From: Eledone cirrhosa
Lineage: Eukaryota
DNA length: 64,000 bases
Direction: 5' to 3'
NCBI GenBank assembly: GCA_964016885.1
Contig: OZ024741.1
Location: 387,996,001-388,060,000 of the forward strand
Part shown: positions 61,917 through 64,000 of the stretch, piece after piece
How positions within the stretch are numbered: position 1 is the first letter of the stretch
Layout: each line of letters starts with the position of its first letter
Made by a program: the position numbers and the translations under genes
The notes under the pieces: model-generated
What the model saw: only the letters and a program-made list of their open reading frames with translations
Told to the model about the DNA's origin: nothing
Databases searched by the model: none

Positions 61917-62369
61917 AACAAATCTTGTATTTTTGTTCGTTAATACGGGGTTCTCACCTAAACCTATCTTCTCATATACAAATATTTTAAATATATTTGT
62001 TACTTCAAACTCTTAACAATATTTCAAATATATGTTACTATTTCAAACTCTTAATTCCCGCTCCTTAATATCTACTTCCCCTCCACCACACTCTACAACA
62101 TGCGGTCAAATCACCACCACCATCCACCCCTCTCTCTCTCTACCCAACCCAGATACATATATAAGACAAAGTAATTCACTTTCGCCAAACTTGTGGCTGT
62201 AACTTCATTCATTCATGGTTCTAATGTAATGTACTCATTTTTCCACCTCTTCTAACATACGCCTAACTCCATAGTCCTTCCAACAGCATTTTTAGTCCTT
62301 CCAACAGCATTTTTAGTCCTTCCAATAGCATTTTTTCTATCCTCTTTCCATTCCCCATGTATTTTCCCA

Positions 62370-64000
62370 AAACAAATCTCTTGTATTTCTGTCATGCTTG
62401 TAAAAATACGGTAGTTTTTGACGTATATTTACTAAACAAATCTTGTATTTTTGTTCGTTAATACGGGGTTCTCACTTAAACCTATCTTCTCGCTAACAAT
62501 TCAACACCCCTCCCTCCCGCCCCCACACACCACCATTATTATTACGTGGACCAATCATAAGCCAGAGGCCTATACTATCGCTTACCTGGTCGCCTTCGAT
62601 ATGTAGGATGGAAGGACTATGGAGTTCCGGAGAGTTGAAGAGAGAAAAATCTGGACGCTCAGCGACAATGCCAAAGTTAAAGACAATCACACCTCGAGGA
62701 CGAAAATGCGAGCATGCCTCTTTGTTTCGGCCGCGGATGGCTAACATAACCCCATCTCCCCCCGCTCCCCACCTTTCCAACCCCCCAAACACAATCCAAA
62801 ACTTCAGATTTGGTACCTTGAATGTAGGCACCTTAAAGGGTCGCTCTAACGAGGTTGTAGAAATGCTTGAACGTAAGGAGGTCGATGTTTGTTGTATTCA
62901 AGAGACCAGGTGGAGGGGTGAATCTGCTAGATACATTGTGGGTAGAAAACGATGCTATAAGCTTTTCTGGGTGGGAAACGACAATGGGCTGGGTGGAGTA
63001 GGAATCATGGTAGCAGAAAAGTGGGCAGATAAGATAATAGACGTAAATAGAGTAAACGACAGAATAATTAAAATAAGACTTGTCCTCAATAGAACTACGG
63101 TGACAGTAATATCCGCGTACGCACCCCAATCCGGACTGCCCAGCACTATAAAAGACAGATTCTATGAGACACTGATGCTCACTACCTCCCAAATAACCGA
63201 CAGTGACTATATAATTATTGCAGGCGACCTAAACGGTCACGTTGGACAACATTGTGACGGCTACGACGAAATCCATGGAGGCTATGGGTTTGGTACTAGA
63301 AATGAGGAAGGCTCCAGAATCCTGGAATTCTGTGATGCAAATAACCTAACTATCTGCAACACTAACTTCAAAAAACGAGACAATCACTTGATCACCTACA
63401 GATCAGGGGAACATACTAGCCAGGTAGACTATATCCTTACCAGAAGACGTGACAAAGTGACTGTCGTAAACACTAAAACCCTCCCCCATGAAGAATGCAC
63501 TTCCCAACATAGACTGATAATTAGCGACCTAATAGTCAGGACGAGACGTACTAGACAACAGAAGAGGACTATCCTCAGGAGAAAAATATGGAAGCTAAAG
63601 GACCCCACAGCCAGAAATAAATTCCAAAGCATATTACTTGATGCTTTCGACAGTAAGGAAGAGCATTTAGAGTCGGACAATATAGAGGGACAGTGGGAAT
63701 CCTGACGGCAAACCTGCTGATGGCGGCAGACGAAGTCTGTGGCTGGAGCAGGCCTGTAGGCAGGAGGAGAGTAACATGGTGGTGGAACAGTAAGGTGGAG
63801 GGGTCAATTAAGGCCAAAAAGCAGGCTTGGAAAGTATGGCGGGATGGGGGAAGTAGAGAAGACTATCAAGTGGCCAGGAGGGAAGCCAGGAGACAAGTGT
63901 ACTTCGCAAGAAGGGAAGCAGAGGAAAGAAAGTTCAAGCATGTTCTACAACGCGATGACCAAAAACGTGAGGTGTTCAGGATTGCTAGGCAATGCGTCAA
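62370..64000 (+). mobile_element. PHD-RTE LINE 5' part (UTR + APE endonuclease), frameshift near 63700, runs off the window
   Basis: ORF 62608-63705 nearly identical to the corresponding part of 53820-55814. Confidence 0.93.

Noticed and set aside
59764-61990. Long Y/I/H/M/C/V-rich ORFs of 160-300 aa
   Set aside because: Translation artefacts of (TA)/(TG) microsatellites

Overview
Eukaryotic, very repeat-rich animal DNA. The SINE/RTE families and long (TA)n/(CA)n tracts suggest a cephalopod (octopus-like) genome; this is an inference. I reconstructed two spliced host genes by hand, arranged head-to-head. One is a complete-looking 9-exon ELMOD3-like ARF/ARL GAP gene on the minus strand (33393 to 4120; 1443 nt, 480 aa, all GT-AG junctions phase-consistent). 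The other is the first 4 exons of mitochondrial ribosomal protein MRPS18C on the plus strand (42879-48127; last exon not found in the window). Most of the rest is retroelements. These include a young RTE-clade LINE family with a C4HC3 PHD-type finger right after the RT core (7 copies, including opposed copies in one MRPS18C intron), RTE-BovB-like remnants with tandem C2H2 fingers, CR1, CRE, R4/Dong, L1/Tx1-like and Penelope-like fragments (with hammerhead-like motifs). There are also Gypsy-type LTR remnants (one a 1.84 kb mini-element with two LTRs), two tRNA-SINE families and MITEs. An ELMOD3 intron holds a ~2 kb satellite built from 3x47-bp monomers. No prokaryotic features (CRISPR, rRNA) are supported.
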